A DNA stretch of 64,000 nt from Raillietiella orientalis (GCA_036172245.1 JAYWIR010000015.1:1860001-1924000); one strand, 5' to 3'. Positions 1 through 13,399 are shown, numbered from the stretch's first letter. Translations and numbers: made by a program. The notes: a model not told the origin generated them from the sequence alone.

Positions 1-699
1 ATCCACTGTTCCCTATATCCCTGCGCTTCACACGTAGACGGCTGGTCACCATCCCTGAGGCTTGTCCCGACGCCGTTTCTCTCGTGTACTCAGCACTCAG
101 TTTCTCTCGCTTATTCCTAGCGACGAAATCGCGCCATCGTGAGGGAAGAAGAGTTTTTTTCTCTTTTGCAGGCCTCCCGGCAGCCCGCAGGACGGAAAGC
201 TCTCTGGATGGTGACCTCCTCCCCTCCCCTCATTCAGCGACGTCACCCCGTGCTCAGTTCGACGCGATAGCACCAAAGAATCTCCCACTTCCAGCTTGGG
301 AGTAAACTATTAAACTATTAGCTGGATATAGAAACTAAATTGCCGTCCTCGGGTCTCGAGCCCAAGGGTAGAGAAAAAAACACGCGGAGGCGTTCCCTCC
401 ACCCCCACATCTACGCCAAGCTGAAATGCCGTGCCCCTTCATTCACACTGAATCAGTTCAGCATGTCGTGCTAAATGCAGCATCCACGTGGAGATGGAAA
501 ACTAGAGCCGACGATGGAGCCTGCATGAAAAGTTCCCCGTGAGTCCAGCAGCCATGAACGAGAGAGACCGACGACAATCGTGATGATTAAGGAAGTTGGT
601 GCACCATCGATTTCTTCTGTGGGAGGGAATGTGAAGTTCATGTTATCGCCCTACCTGGCTTCAGACCAAGAAGAAACTTCCGTGCGCGTGGATAACCCG

Positions 700-1525
700 T
701 CAGCTCACGGACGCTGCGACCCCGCGTGTCTCGTGAAAAAAACTTTCACGTTAGGAATCGATCTGCTCGCAATCCCTCCGGAGGAGGTGAAGTGGCCCTC
801 AAAGTGCCGGAACAGTGACACCGTCTCCCTCGAGTGGCAGGGGTCGGCGTTGCTGGTGATGCATGGGGGAATCCCATGCAAAGCGTGCCTTTATTCTTGG
901 GTACGGGGAGCGTGGACATTCAGTACGGCAGATGCGGAGAGGAGGAGACTTTCTCGCACCTTCTGACATACTGCGCCGCCCTCCGACTCCTTTGGGCTCG
1001 TCTCTCGACGATCCTGGAAATCCCAGTAGCCGGCCCCAAGGGCATTTTTCGACGTCTCTTCATGAGTGGCGCTTGGCTGCCAGCAGCGTCTTTAGCAGTT
1101 CCCCTCTGTATCGGAGGAACCCTAGCAGCCTGAAACACGGGAATAAGAGGTCGGAATAGCAGGGACGCCATCCAGTGGGCGGCAGTCTTTTTGAAGACTG
1201 CCACCAGATGGCCCCACCTGGGTGAAGAAACAACGAAACTTGTCAGCATCTTGGACAGAACGTCTGGCACGAGACGAGAAGAGGACGTCTGGCGGCGAAA
1301 TGCGATCCCTTCCCCTATCCCGCCCCTCGCCTCAGAAAAAAACTCTCCCTCCTTTTCGGTTCTTTCTTCCCCGTCGCTGTGGAAAAAGACTTCGCCGGTC
1401 TACGTACCGGTCGTGGCAAGTTCCGAGCACGTAATACAACCAAGTGTTTTACCACACTTGAACATTCAAGTGTACTTTTATTATTATTTTTTAATAATAA
1501 ATACCCCGTGGGAACCGGGTGGAAA
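700..1525 (+). mobile_element. 5'-truncated L1/Tx1-type non-LTR retrotransposon copy (ORF2 C-terminus + 3'UTR), frameshifted
   Basis: Frames give WQGSALLVMHGGIPCKA, GRCGEEETFSHLLTYC (decayed CCHC finger) and KTATRWPHLG. These are followed by a pyrimidine-rich UTR, the CTACGT-loop hairpin (1394-1411) and terminal AATAAATACCCCGTGGGAACCGGGTGGAAAA. Closest to the copy at 47393-48285. 5' boundary approximate. Confidence 0.85.
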
Positions 1526-2852
1526 ATCTGACTTCAGGGAGACGATGATGTTGAGAAGCGCTACTTGAGTGGAGGGAACAGACATAATGGTTGAGGGAGT
1601 CCGGAGGTGGTCGAGCTGCGAGCTGGCTCAGTGCAGCACGGAGGGAAGTTGCGAATAGGCGAAGATTTCCGAAGTGACCCGCGCGCACGATTTTTGGTGA
1701 AGAAATGCCTGGAAACGAAGCTTCTCGACCGTGTTCTTTCGGGCAAGTCCATTTCTGACTCATTCTGGAAGCGGGACAAAAATTCTCCACGTTCCAGAAA
1801 GATGGGAGTTTTGAATACTCCGCTGGAAGGGAAAAAAAAAAAAGAGGCGAGCAAAAAAAATTTGCACGCAACTTTTGTCATAAGAAAAAAAAGAATTTCG
1901 TAGGTCGGCCAGCCAGAAAGCGGTCCCGAAATGCTCGCGCGCCTCTGCCGCTTGCCGTTTCCTAATGGAATGCACGAAAGTCTCAAACGATACTTCACCG
2001 TGTTCGCGCCGTGAGTTATGGATGGTGAAGTGAGAAGAGGGCAGATGCATTAACAAATCAAAATGAGGCTGCTATTAATCACCTTTCCTGGATCATGGGA
2101 GGCAGGCAAACAGATGATAATCTTCTGCAAGGAGAACAGGCTTCGTGATCGAATGACCGCGAGCCAGATAGGCTCGCTCGAGAGATGTAGTTTGCCTTTG
2201 TTCCTGGTCCAAGAGCTTTACAGAGTCCATTCACGCTGCTGTTCCAGAGAGAACAATATGCTGAGAGAATACCTCATGCCACCGGCGAGGCTACTATTAG
2301 CCACATGCAAGCGCACTGATGCTACCTCAGGAACTCCCCTGTGCCACCCAGACATTTTACAGCGTTTGCTTTGTGCCAGGGCAATGTCACAGACGAGGAG
2401 GGAACCGGAGACAGGGTTGTTGCTGGATGAGAACATATCCAGAAACCATTTCGAGCTCTCAGTACTTTGGTACTGAAAGCTTCCCCGTTGTTCCAGGATA
2501 GAAAACAGCCTGACTCAAATCACGTAGGATTTCTGGGACTGCTGCTACAACGATCTGTTCCCTGAAGATATCGAATTCAACATTGAGGTCGAAAAACCAC
2601 TACGTCCATTCAAAGCCTCCACAGGAATCACGCTGTCCTATCTTAGATAACTCGTTCTTCATTGTAAGCTCACGATCACCTTCCCATTCAATCACTGCCA
2701 ATGGAAACCCATTCCTCATCATCTGATCATGGGAAACACACCCTGGAAACCCCCATCGTGTAATCACTCCTACAAGATTGAAGAGACATGAGTTGTGAAG
2801 GATTTCTCTCCTCCTTTGAACTCGCCGCACGTTTCTCACCACAGCACTAAAG

Positions 2853-3252
2853 TGGATGCTTCAAAATTTCTCTGAAAGACACTTCCCGAAGGGAGCAGAG
2901 CGCTTCTTACACTCTGGAGAGGTGTCAACCAGCTACATGGTCTGCGATGCAGAATCCCTCTCCGGGGAAGGGGAGGGGGGATGGTTCCATTTTCACAACC
3001 GGATGAAAACCCCGAAGAGAACCGACTCTGTGATTCTTGGAAAGACCCCGGAGGGTAAACTTCCGATTCTGACCAGTCGATGGAGGCATCTGGTTTCCAT
3101 CAGTGCCAGCACCCGGATGAACCAGCCGGAGTCATCTTGCTGGGGGAACGCGAAACCCGCGATGCACCCCATTTCTCGGCGTTGATCCTTTTCCAGGCGG
3201 GATTCGAACCCGCAACGCTCTGGTGCCACGCCCGACAGCCGCGAATGCGGGC
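2853..3252 (-). mobile_element. tRNA-headed structured SINE-like element, copy 1 (5' part only)
   Basis: Minus strand has a perfect T-arm GCGGG-TTCGAAT-CCCGC (B-box GGTTCGAATCC at 3200-3210), a second B-box-like arm, then body sequence colinear with the copies at 21656 and 33034. Confidence 0.8.
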
Positions 3253-4458
3253 TGAAAAAATAAATTAGTCGTATCCACTGGAACTTTTTATTCACGCCGT
3301 TGTTTATAAAGCAGACTCTACCCGGCGCGGCCCACAAGGATGTGCCTTCAAGAAACGTTTCTCGAAGGCACTGGCCAAATTCCTCTTATCCTTTTTCCTC
3401 CAGCTGCACAACTTTCCCGTAGCCCAGCTCGTACTAATTGGAACGCCATCTCTCACAGTTCCGCACGAATTCCATTTCACGTGCGTAACAACTTGAAAAT
3501 CCATCCTCATCTGGCATTCGAACCCATAATGGTTACTCATAAATCCATTCTTCACATGAAGTTACAGCATCTGCTTATCATCTGTTAGTGAACAGGAACA
3601 TGAATTTGCCAGCATGTGATCACTAAGTGAGACTCACCCATGTTATTACTCCAACAAGGCCTTTTTTTCTTTTTTAACTCACCAGCATCTAAAAAGTGAA
3701 CATGAGTTTTCCTTTAAGTTGAACTTCGATGCTGAAGATGGCAACAGCTAGTACCTCGACTGAATTGACCACTTTTTTTTTCCAGTGAGATCCTGCAGTA
3801 CCATCCACTCAACTTATCGCTAGCCACAACATACGTTCGAACAACAGGACAACCCATAGTTCATTCCGAGATCAGTCTCCTTCCCGAGCAGGATCTCAGC
3901 AACTGAATCGAATTCCTCCCGAAGAACTCGTGGAAGAAGAGGATCCGCAAAACGTCAGCGAGGCGCCCAGAGGCAGGCAGCTGGATGACCTCCGACCTCG
4001 CAGCGCCGGGGACTGCAGCAATACCGAATCAGAAGCCAAGAAACCAGCGAAATGGAAGGAAGGTCGCGGCAAGCAGCTCACAAGACCAGTCAGAATCTTG
4101 ATCGATCGGCAAGTGACCCAATCTCGAGACCCGCACTGGATCAGCGCATACCACGTTTGTGTCTTCGCGACTTCAAGTTCACATCGCGATCTGGATCTTT
4201 CGAAACAACGTGGATGATAAGTTGCTGCGGGACACCGAACTTTATGGGGCAAGCAGGAATTTTTCTGGGATGATCCGAATTTCGGTAGGTATAAAAGGAG
4301 AGAGACACTCCCGTTTCATCAATCGCTAATGCTGCTGCACCCCGGAGGATAAGCAGTGGAAGATAAAGTACATTATAAAAGGTGCAGTCCTCCGAATTTT
4401 TACAAATCTGACGTCCACGCCTAGAGAAAGAAAGAAAGCACGCAAGCATCAGACAGCC

Positions 4459-4561
4459 ATCCCTTCGTCGAACTGCTGGTCCCATTTCATGGCCAAATTC
4501 AAATCATTTCTCGCTTGTTGGGAGGAGAACCTGCAATCACCTATTCAGTACTTGGAGGTGC
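4459..4561 (+). repeat. ~100-bp dispersed repeat, second copy at 11505-11607; weak piggyBac-like transposase hint
   Basis: Direct similarity of GGTCCCATTT..ATGGCCAAATTCAAA..TCTCGCTTGTTGGGAGGAGAACC..AATCACCTATTCAGTACTTGGAGGTGC at both loci. Translation ELLVPFHGQ resembles the piggyBac DE.LVPF.G motif (family assignment is weak). Confidence 0.6.
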
Positions 4562-6189
4562 TTAAAAAGAGCGGCTTCCGTTCCACAACTTTTTGGATCA
4601 CAGCAGTACCGTCATCCAAAACAGTTTTCCAACCAACTCCGAAAGTCACGTCGCGATGCGTGAGTTTGGCTATAAGAAGTCTGAAGCTCCATGTCGACGC
4701 CTCTACATCAACCTCGACGCATGTCCACAATCTTCTCAAGAGGAAGAGGAGAGTGATGACGACGACGACATTCCGCAGTCAGCCGAGCTGCCGCCGCGTT
4801 CAGAATGGCTCTGCGGACCAAACCGTGGGCATCCTTGCTAAACGGAGGCCATTTTTTAGCTGAAAACGGCTCACCCTCCGGGGTGCGACAGGCCTGACAG
4901 TCCAGAAGAATTGTAGATGCTTACAGGTTTCCGCGAGATCCATTTTTAGTGGAGCTCAGCTGGCGGCGGAAAGTGCCACCGCCGACCTCTTCGACTCGGG
5001 AAGATTACGGATGATTACGTCAACATAGCGTTCCGCGTGCTTCTCGGAACTGTTTCGCTTGCTCCCAAAGCGCAGGATGACCATTACGCCATTGGAGACG
5101 TGGATCGGAACCTTTCCTTCAGGACCTCTGACGGAGCGACGGGAGAGAAGAGGTCAGTCCACGTTTTTCCCTGCAAGCGAATTCGCACGCACGGCACGAG
5201 GAGGCGCGCTTCCGGTTCTCTCTCCAAGGAAATTGGGGATCGGCCTCCTTGGCTCTTTCGTCAAGGACGACGGCAAGCATGCTGCCAAGCTCTCTCACCT
5301 GCTGCGCACCCTCACGCGTCCTTGTTCGGGCGGCCGGCAGCACCGCGCTCGAAAGATGAAAGCGAATGAGACGATACCCTGCATCCAGACATGATCGGAC
5401 CAGCGCAGGAACGCAGGTCGGTGCTCTCCGAACTTCCGAATAACCACGCGGAGGGTTGCTCCCCACGGCAGATCGCGCGTCACTAGGGGTCGCGCTTTTG
5501 CCGTGATGCTGCTAGCGTTGTCACCACGGCAGGAGACTTCTATGGCCGGATGTTTCAGGCAAGGCTCGTCATTCGGGAGCTCATATGAAGGCATTGAAAG
5601 CTGGATATCGCGATCTCGCACCGCGAGCGAAACTGACGAGAACTGTTGAATTCTTTTACATCTTTCTCGCCTTACGCTGCTGGGTGGCATCGAGCGCTCA
5701 TCTAAAATGAGTAGAACGAGTCGTCCAGAGAGATAAGATTTCTATCCCTTTTCCCATCTCATGCCATGGGGAAGGAAGGAATGATACGAGTGGCTTCCTT
5801 AGTCCGTTCGTTGCCACAGCAAAAAGGAATGGCTTTTCCCTGCAGCGGAGACCGTTTCCTGAAAAATTCATCCGTTGCCAAGCTCAGCGCCTTCTTATCA
5901 TCAGCTCCTTTGACTGTTTGCTTGTTTTTGCTCTTGGTCCTTCCTTCTCTGCGTGATTCCTTTCTATTCAGAGGAAGGATCTAGGTTGTCCTGAGGGTGC
6001 TCTGACACTGCCTCTCTAGGGTTCTGGAGTTCCGGTGTCCCTAGCTGCTCCTACAGAGTGGACGCGCTCTTCTCAAAAAGCTCTGCAACTGCAAGGACGA
6101 CGAAGCAAAGGGAACGGGAATTCACACGCACCTCCACGGAAGAATTCGGGAGAACTCTTCCTCCGCAGAAGAATTCGGAGGGATTCTTC

Positions 6190-6517
6190 TGCAGTGGGAT
6201 AGTGAGCTCGACCAAAGGAACTGGCAAAGATTCATGCTTGCAAGTGCTCCAAGGAATTTATGGAAACTTGTCTTGTAAGCAATAAATTGGACGTTCGCCT
6301 AGTGCGCTTTATTCCTGACAAGTCCAGAAAACTCCTGCCTTCTGAACTCGGAGTCGCTCTTGATTTCTTGCAAATACCATTCTTTAAGGAAATTATCTCT
6401 TCGCCCGTGATGGGCGGAAAGCATTATGTTAATCTATTGCGCATAAAAAACGAAAGCGCTGCGTTCATCGGGATGCAGTTTAGAGCACTCTGTCGATGGA
6501 AGTTCGTTTTTTGCTGA
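6190..6517 (+). pseudogene. Possible relic of a D5-like superfamily-3 helicase (Polinton/DNA-virus type)
   Basis: STKGTGKDSCLQVLQGIYG (Walker A-like), then after a frameshift KSRKLLPSEL (Walker B-like) and FKEIISSPVMGGKHY (resembles KELTGGDxIxARxLY). Motif order and spacing fit, identity is low. Confidence 0.35.
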
Positions 6518-8611
6518 TGCTGAAGAAGAAGAGTTGCTTCTGGCTTCCGAAACCTGGAATCTCGAATTATGAGCTCCAGAAGTGCTTAAGGGTTGTGTTC
6601 ATCTTTGACGTGGACTAGGGAAAGCAGTTCGCTGGAGGTGGAATCCTGCTCGGAGACAGCACGGAGTTCGAAGAGGAGTTTCGGGAAGGTACAGCCCTTG
6701 GCTCTTGGAAAACTCGAGATCGATTTGAAATTTCACACGCGGCGCATCCTCGGTGCATTCCGCGGGCGTGCTCGCAAGGTGCTCTCTGGACACAGTGCTT
6801 ATCCTCCTCCTCCTCCATCTCGAATGGTACTGGGAGTGGATCACAGTTTTACAAAAAGAATACAATCCTGTTCATGTTCATGTAGGAGCTCTCTTAGATG
6901 CTTTCCAGTTCCCTATTCACCTTTTGTTTTGTTGAGTCTGCGACTACCATTCATAAGATATTTCGTTCTGACGCGAGCGCTACAGGGAAGAGCGAGGGAA
7001 GAAGAAAAAAAATCATTTCAGTCGAATCAACCAAGGATTTAGAGGTTAATAAATAACGACAGATTCAAATATAATCCGCGCAATCATAGCAGATGGATGA
7101 GAGATCTGGAAAACATTCAATTATTATGTGCAATATTATATAATACAATACACAATATCATAAAATAATGATCATGATCGACCACTGATTCAGCAATGAT
7201 AATGATATGCATCTTTGTTTTTTGCTGTCTACTTTTGATCTTCCGATGTTGCGCTCCTGACTGATTTGCAGCCCCGAGTTCTCAAACGCGAAAAGGGGTG
7301 CTCAAGGAATATGGCGGAAAAGGTAGCTGCTGTTCCCTTCTATCTCTACAATGCGCTCCAGTTTCTCCATGTTTCCATCTCTGGAAGGAAGCAGAGAAAA
7401 CAATTATGATGATGGATACCCCACTTCCACACAAGATCCATTGTAAAGCAACTTCTTAATGACACCAAACAACCTCTGCTCTTTCCGCGGGAATTACCAG
7501 TAGTCGCTTTGAAATCACTACTGTCCAACCAGCAATGATAGAGTGCCAGCAGCGGCGTTTCCTGACAACGAATGCATCACTCTACTATGAACTGAGTGGG
7601 AGGAGACACGCAGAAGATCAAAGGCGCTGTTAACATCCCGCTATGAAACGCACCTGATACATGAAGCTTGCAAACCCGATCTTTGAGAGCGAACGTCTGT
7701 TGCCATCGTGGTTTCGGTTCAGGAGGGACTCTTTTGGGTTTCGCGTGCTTCTGCTTAGATGATCTGCGGCCTCGGAACGTGGAAGCTGAACGATGTCCTG
7801 AGCAGGATAGAACGGAGATGCCAGAGATTCGACAGGATATCTCGGATACGGGCGACGCCGCTCTTGCCATGCTCTGATGACACAAGCGCAATCAAGTCCC
7901 CTTAGAAGCCGAGAGGGTTTAAAACGGAACCCTGCTCCCAGTTCCCGTAATTCGGTTGCAAGAACGAATTGAGTTACACCGAAATCGAATCAGTTTGGAT
8001 CCGGATGGCAAAAGTTAAAAGGATTCTGCTAGATCCTGATTCTATTTGGTATCTTTTGGCTTTCTCTCGGGTGCTGGAATCCAATTAATGTGAGGATGAC
8101 CTGCGATAAGAGGGAAAGCGAAGCGACGAAGATGAAAACGAAATCTTCAAGGAGAGTAACGCTGGAAACCATCCCGACTCAAGGGCGATCCCGAGCAGAA
8201 GCGAGGAGTATCTGTCATCGACCGCAGGCAAACCAAAAAGTGGTGGTGCAGTTTCATCTCTTTCCCATATAGCGGCATCCTAAAGGACTTCCCCAAGGAC
8301 AAAAGTGCGCAGAGGATGAAACACGGACCTTGCACTCGGCAGAGAGCGTTCCTGATTTTCTGAGCTGAAAATGCCGAGATTCTTCATTGCCTGTCGCTAT
8401 CCCTCTGCATGTTTTGGAACTTTTCTTCTATCGGAGAACGAAAAGTGGTACACGTTTCTGCGATGTACTCCCACTTACGTTTCGCCTAAACCATTTCTAG
8501 GATACAATCGACGTCATTCTGGGGGCTGACAAACCTTTCTTTTCTTTTTCTTTTTTTCGGAAAAAAAAGTGGCAACAGCTGACGCGAAAAATGAAACACA
8601 CATAGTCACAC

Positions 8612-10385
8612 GCCCACGTTGTCATCCGTGCGGCTGCGGTCTTCGCACGTGGCACCATGAGTTCAGGACTCGAATCCCAAACGAGGAAGGGTCGACGCCG
8701 AGAAATGGGAGGGAGGGGGGAGTGAGTAGTGGGTTTCGAGTTCCCCCCTCAAGATGACGCTGGTTGACCGGGTTATTCGGGTACTTCACTGATTGACATG
8801 AGCGGGCATTTATTTATAAACCTACATGTCTGTGGCAGGACGTTTGATCCTGCTACGTTACTTATGGATACGAAAAAGAACCTGCTGGGATCTGGCACGC
8901 AGGCCAGCAGGGTTCGTCTCGGCAGCACAGGAGAAGGGGAAACAAACAAAAAGAAAAAACAAAAACAAAAAATGCAGTCAAAAAATGGGGGGGAGGTTTG
9001 GTAAGGGAACACTGTGTGCTGGAGGGCGTCCTCTGCCTCCTTGTAAGGATACCGGCAAGTTCCTGTTTCAAGACTCCCAGATGGGACCATCTCGACGCTG
9101 TCCTCATGAAGAGGACAGCAAAATAGATGGCGTCCCTGTCGTTCTGGACTCATCTGGCGTTGCTCCATGCGGCAACGACCCCGCGTAGGCAGCAGAGTGC
9201 TGCTCCTAGGGATGCGGCCGGCGTGAGGGCATCTCGCAGGAAGAGGCTCTTTAAAACGTTCATGGTGTTGTTGCCGGAGGGTTCCCAGGACCGAGGCAAA
9301 GCGTCCTACAGGGGGCTGGAGGGTCACACAGTCCACTAGGAGGTGTGGGAAGAATTTTCGCTCCCTGCGCCTTGCACAGTTTGGATTCACTCCTCCCGTG
9401 TCCACAGATGCCTGCAGGCGTTGCACTAGAAGGCCCAGTGAAGCAGCATGAATGCCGACTCCTGTCACTTTAAAGGGAAGGTGCTGGTGTTCATGAGCAC
9501 CGGTACCTGCAGGTCTTCCTCCGGAATACCAATAACACACCCCAGCACAAAAGTCCACGAGCTCGAGCAATCGGGGTCGCAGCTTCGGTGAGCTGGCCCG
9601 TCGTCCACCCTCCAAGTAAGTCCTTTCCTCCTTACGGAAGCTTCCACAGTAACCTCCCACCTAGCCGTAAGGCTTTTGTTCATGTGTTCCCTGAGGGAGG
9701 GCAGCGCGGGGCGAGGAGGTTCTGCTTGCCCACGCACTCTTCACGGGATCTTCCAGGATCTACCGGGGCGTGCAGTTGTGGCTGAGCGCGTACAGGAAAC
9801 GTCTCACCTTTTACGTGGTTGGCTCCTAGATCCTCACTCACGTGTGAACGGTTTCCTGCAACCAGGCGCTACCGTTCGCGGGGGCGGCACGAGATCCATC
9901 CATTTTTCCTCGCCAGCGTGGCTACCTGCCGCAGGTGCAGTCCTCCGTGGATGAGACTGCATGGACGGCGCTCAAGGAAGGACGCACTGGTGCTGCACTG
10001 GTAGAATGCTCCCGTTGACTGTCTGGGAGTTGACCCACCCGGGTTCTACCAGGAATCGAGGACTGAATTCCCTTCGGCATCCCCTTCTGGTCGCAAAAGT
10101 GGAGCCATCCCTTCCTCCCCGGAAGACCCTCAGTCTGGTACCATGAAGACAGTTGATATCCCATTCGGGGAGTTGTCTCTCTAGAGTGTTAGGAAGTGCG
10201 CTGCTCCTTCCATGGACTGCCTCCAGAGAAATTCGGAAGCGCTCATTCGGAATTCTGTTCAGAGGAACAACAAGGAACATATACTTTCCGAAAGTACCTC
10301 CGAAGAAGAAATGAGTAGCCCCCCGCAAATCGGGAGTCCTTCTGGACAGAATGAGGAGGGGACCCCCTTCAGGGTTTCCCACCAA
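8612..10385 (+). mobile_element. tRNA-headed structured SINE-like element, copy 2 (head 8612-8792, body 9989-10385), split by a LINE insert
   Basis: Head CGTGGCACCATGAGTTCAGGACTCGAATCCC, second arm GGGTTTCGAGTTCCC, then AAGATGACGCTGGTTGAC. The body resumes at 9989 with GGGAGTTGACC..., colinear with the other copies. Confidence 0.8.
8793..9988 (-). mobile_element. 5'-truncated LINE copy inserted antisense in SINE copy 2
   Basis: NPNCARRRERKFFPHLLVDC (decayed finger) and VPVLMNTSTFPLK, matching 23790-24330. 3'UTR nearly the same as 48997-49198. Flanked by a degenerate 13-bp TSD: GGTACTTCACTGA (8780-8792) / GGTGCTGCACTGG (9989-10001). Confidence 0.85.
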
Positions 10386-11504
10386 GTACAACATAACATA
10401 ACATGAGATAGAAAAGAAAACGAGGTAGATGTTGAGTGATGGAGTTGCAGAAGGAATGCAGGCAACAAGAAACGAGATGGAGTGAAGATGAAGAGTGTAA
10501 ACGTGCCGTGGTTCTTTACAGAGAGTAGTTAATGCAGGTTCACCCCAGCTAAACGTTTCCCACTGGACCACAAAATATTCTTCAACGTCTTTATGTGGTG
10601 CATAGCATCCAAACGTGTGTGGGTGGTATGCGAAGGAACGGCATGCCGAGTGCTTTGCGATCGATGGGTATTTTCTCGTAGAAACGCACATTTTGCCTCG
10701 TGGGCCGGGTTCTTTTTCTCATGGTGAGTGGATTTTGAGGATAAAGCAAAGTTTCCGTGTGAAATGGAAATGCTCCTAGAAATGCAGAGAGCAAAGAATC
10801 TGTCAGTCTTTCAAGACGGTCGTGAAGGCGGCCGCCTTCACAACTGTCTTCCTATGAATTCAGGCAAACAGTAAAAAGGAGCTCCATGGTCCAGTCCTTT
10901 CCACGCAGCTCTGCGAACACATGGAAACCCTGATGGAGTATCAGTTTAAGACCGCAATAGACAAGCTCGGAAATGAGTTTCAGCAAACGGAAGCCACGTC
11001 CCTCTGTGGATCTCAGAACGCGGAAGGGGAAGTTGATTTTGTAGGTAAGTATAGCTTTGGGAGCATCAGAAGTCCATCGTAGGAGGAGAACAGAGAGTTC
11101 ATGATAAGAAAAGCCGAGGAAATTCACAAAGAGAGCAATCCGTAACTGATTGTCGCTTCCACAGCGTGTTGATTAGAACCGAACATCTGGACTGGAGAAC
11201 GAATTTGGAAACTGCTGGGAATAATCAGAGACAAACTATTAGTGTTTACCTAGGAAACTCTCCAAGAAAACAATGCCTTGAGTCAAATCAATTTGTTCCT
11301 GGAAGAAATGCCGCAATTGGTTAGATCCTATGCAATGAAGACATGGAAAGAAGAAACATCTCTGCTGCAAATGATTGGAGGTTTTAGAGGAAGTTTCACA
11401 TTAAACAGATTGTTTCTCCCAGTGTTTCTTTTATGAAAGAGCAGGTTGATGAGGGTGCAAAGTGGCCATTCCAAACAAGTATTCCTGGCTCCTGATCCTT
11501 GCTG

Positions 11505-11607
11505 ATCCCTTCGTTAAACTGCGGGTCCCATTTTATGGCCAAATTCAAACCACGTCTCGCTTGTTGGGAGGAGAACCCATAATCACCTATTCAGTACTTG
11601 GAGGTGC
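11505..11607 (+). repeat. Second copy of the ~100-bp repeat at 4459-4561
   Basis: Direct sequence similarity to 4459-4561. Confidence 0.7.
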
Positions 11608-12139
11608 CCAAGAAGATCGGCACCGAAGTCCCTCTGTGCTTCCCACAAGGTGCTCCCTTGTAGGGAGACACATCAGCAATACATTCTGATGCAAAAACTG
11701 ACGAACAGTTTTGTGGCGTTCGTAAGTGTTACAGTTGTTTCGTTGAGGGGAAGCTACTGCGAATGAAAAAGGGTGGATTCTGCGAGGTCAGTTGAGAACA
11801 TGATGGAAGGGCCAAACTAAAGAGAGACTTCCAAACCGCCTGCATATTAGCTAGAATTTTGGCAAGATGGCAGAAAATACAGAAGAAATTGAGACCAGTC
11901 CAATCGAAGACGTACTGGGTACCTACATGGAGGAGTATGGAACAAGTACCGTGAAGACTACACTGGACAAGGAACCAATAAGAATATCACCGGAAAACCA
12001 GACGAAATATCAATGAGCCAAATATGGAGTCATCAACTGAAGAAATGCGGGACAGAGAAGCACGAAGCATGGGAAACCAAAACGGGGAAAGTACCTCGTA
12101 TGGAAATGGACAGTGAGCGTGCACCAAGTTCGGAAACGA

Positions 12140-12540
12140 AAAAAAAAAAAAAAGGTTTCAAAATATGTGACTCGTTTTACAGAGGAACAGGAAGGTGACT
12201 GGGTGACCATAATGCAACCGCACCATCGTCGACCGAAAAGCGAAAGAGCGAAGAAGAGTCCACGGGGCGAGCACCAAATCAGGCGAGAACACTGATTATC
12301 CCGGCTTGCATGTTTGTTGTGTTGAGGGTTGTTTGGCCCTTGAAAAGTACCCTTCTCCAGGAGATTAGGACCGGCAGCGCTTTGCTGACCGCGAAGGATG
12401 ACCAGGCACTTCGACTCATTGCCAGGTTGCATGGCAAAGCCACCGATCTACGAAGCAACGTGGCCGCGAAGACTGCTCATAACCTTCTTGGAATGGCGCT
12501 GATGGTTGGGCAGTTCGCTCTGAAAGGCGTCTGATACCTG
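12140..12540 (+). pseudogene. Possible decayed gag-like ORF1 of a non-LTR element
   Basis: EGDWVTI followed by a basic patch, then EIRTGSALLTAKDDQALRLIARL...AHNLLG...KGV, which loosely fits the I-clade ORF1 pattern R.G.LL....Q...L....H..LN..KGV. No clear zinc knuckle seen. Confidence 0.25.
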
Positions 12541-13399
12541 AAAGGCTGAGAGATAGTCAGATTATCATTATTTCTAATGCTTATGATAGGATGTTTTGTC
12601 TTTGTGACCATCGCGTCCTCAATGAACTTCTCACTCATTAAGTGAGCAGCTGGACGCCTGATGGCTACGACTGATGGTTTTCCTCACTCCTACAAGGGAT
12701 AGGATGGATTTATTTCGAGCAGCAGGATTGCAGAACAGCGAACGAAACAAAGCAGCGCATAGGCAGTGCCTCACCCATAGGATGGCGGAATCCGAATTGT
12801 AGTGCTCCGGCTGCCCCCCGTACCTCCATATTCAGAGGGGCTGAGTCTGCCCTGAGCTTGGCCAGACACTCGGAGGTCTTGCAGGATGCACTTGAATGCT
12901 CAGGATGGAGCTCTTCCCCAATTTCGGATCCCGGATCGCCTTCTTCAAATCTCCTTCCAGTTTGTCGACGTCTGCCACATCTCTGCCTTGGTTCAGCTCC
13001 CCCATTCTTAGCTGTGACTCCAGTCAGACCTAAACGTTCGACCTTAACGCAAGCAGCTTCGGGCGTTTTCCGGAAAACAGATCTGCAGCCTCGCCACGAT
13101 GCTGTGTAGTTTGTAGCTCTCGTAGGCTAACGGACTTCTTCTCATTATCGAAAGCAGTCCTTTAGAATCATCTGATTTTCGCATCCAAAAGGATTCCTCC
13201 GCGCCTCTCACACCAAAATAGGGAAACGAAGCGTCCCAAGCTTCCTCCCAAACGATAGCACTCCCGTCGGTTTTTGGATCCAAAAACCCGGAAGTTTCGG
13301 AAGTTCCTGGTTCCTGCATTCTCGTTCTTCATCTTCACAGTACTTCTCGCAACGACCAGAAAAGCGCGGATTGGAATGCTTGGGACTCGGTTGAGCCTG

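Noticed and set aside
3180..3252. Functional tRNA gene
   Set aside because: Only the T-arm is good; there is no acceptor stem, and it is embedded in a dispersed repeat.
3981..4001. LDDLRPR peptide repeated at ~7756-7776 with synonymous differences
   Set aside because: Only seven codons with no flanking similarity; likely chance.
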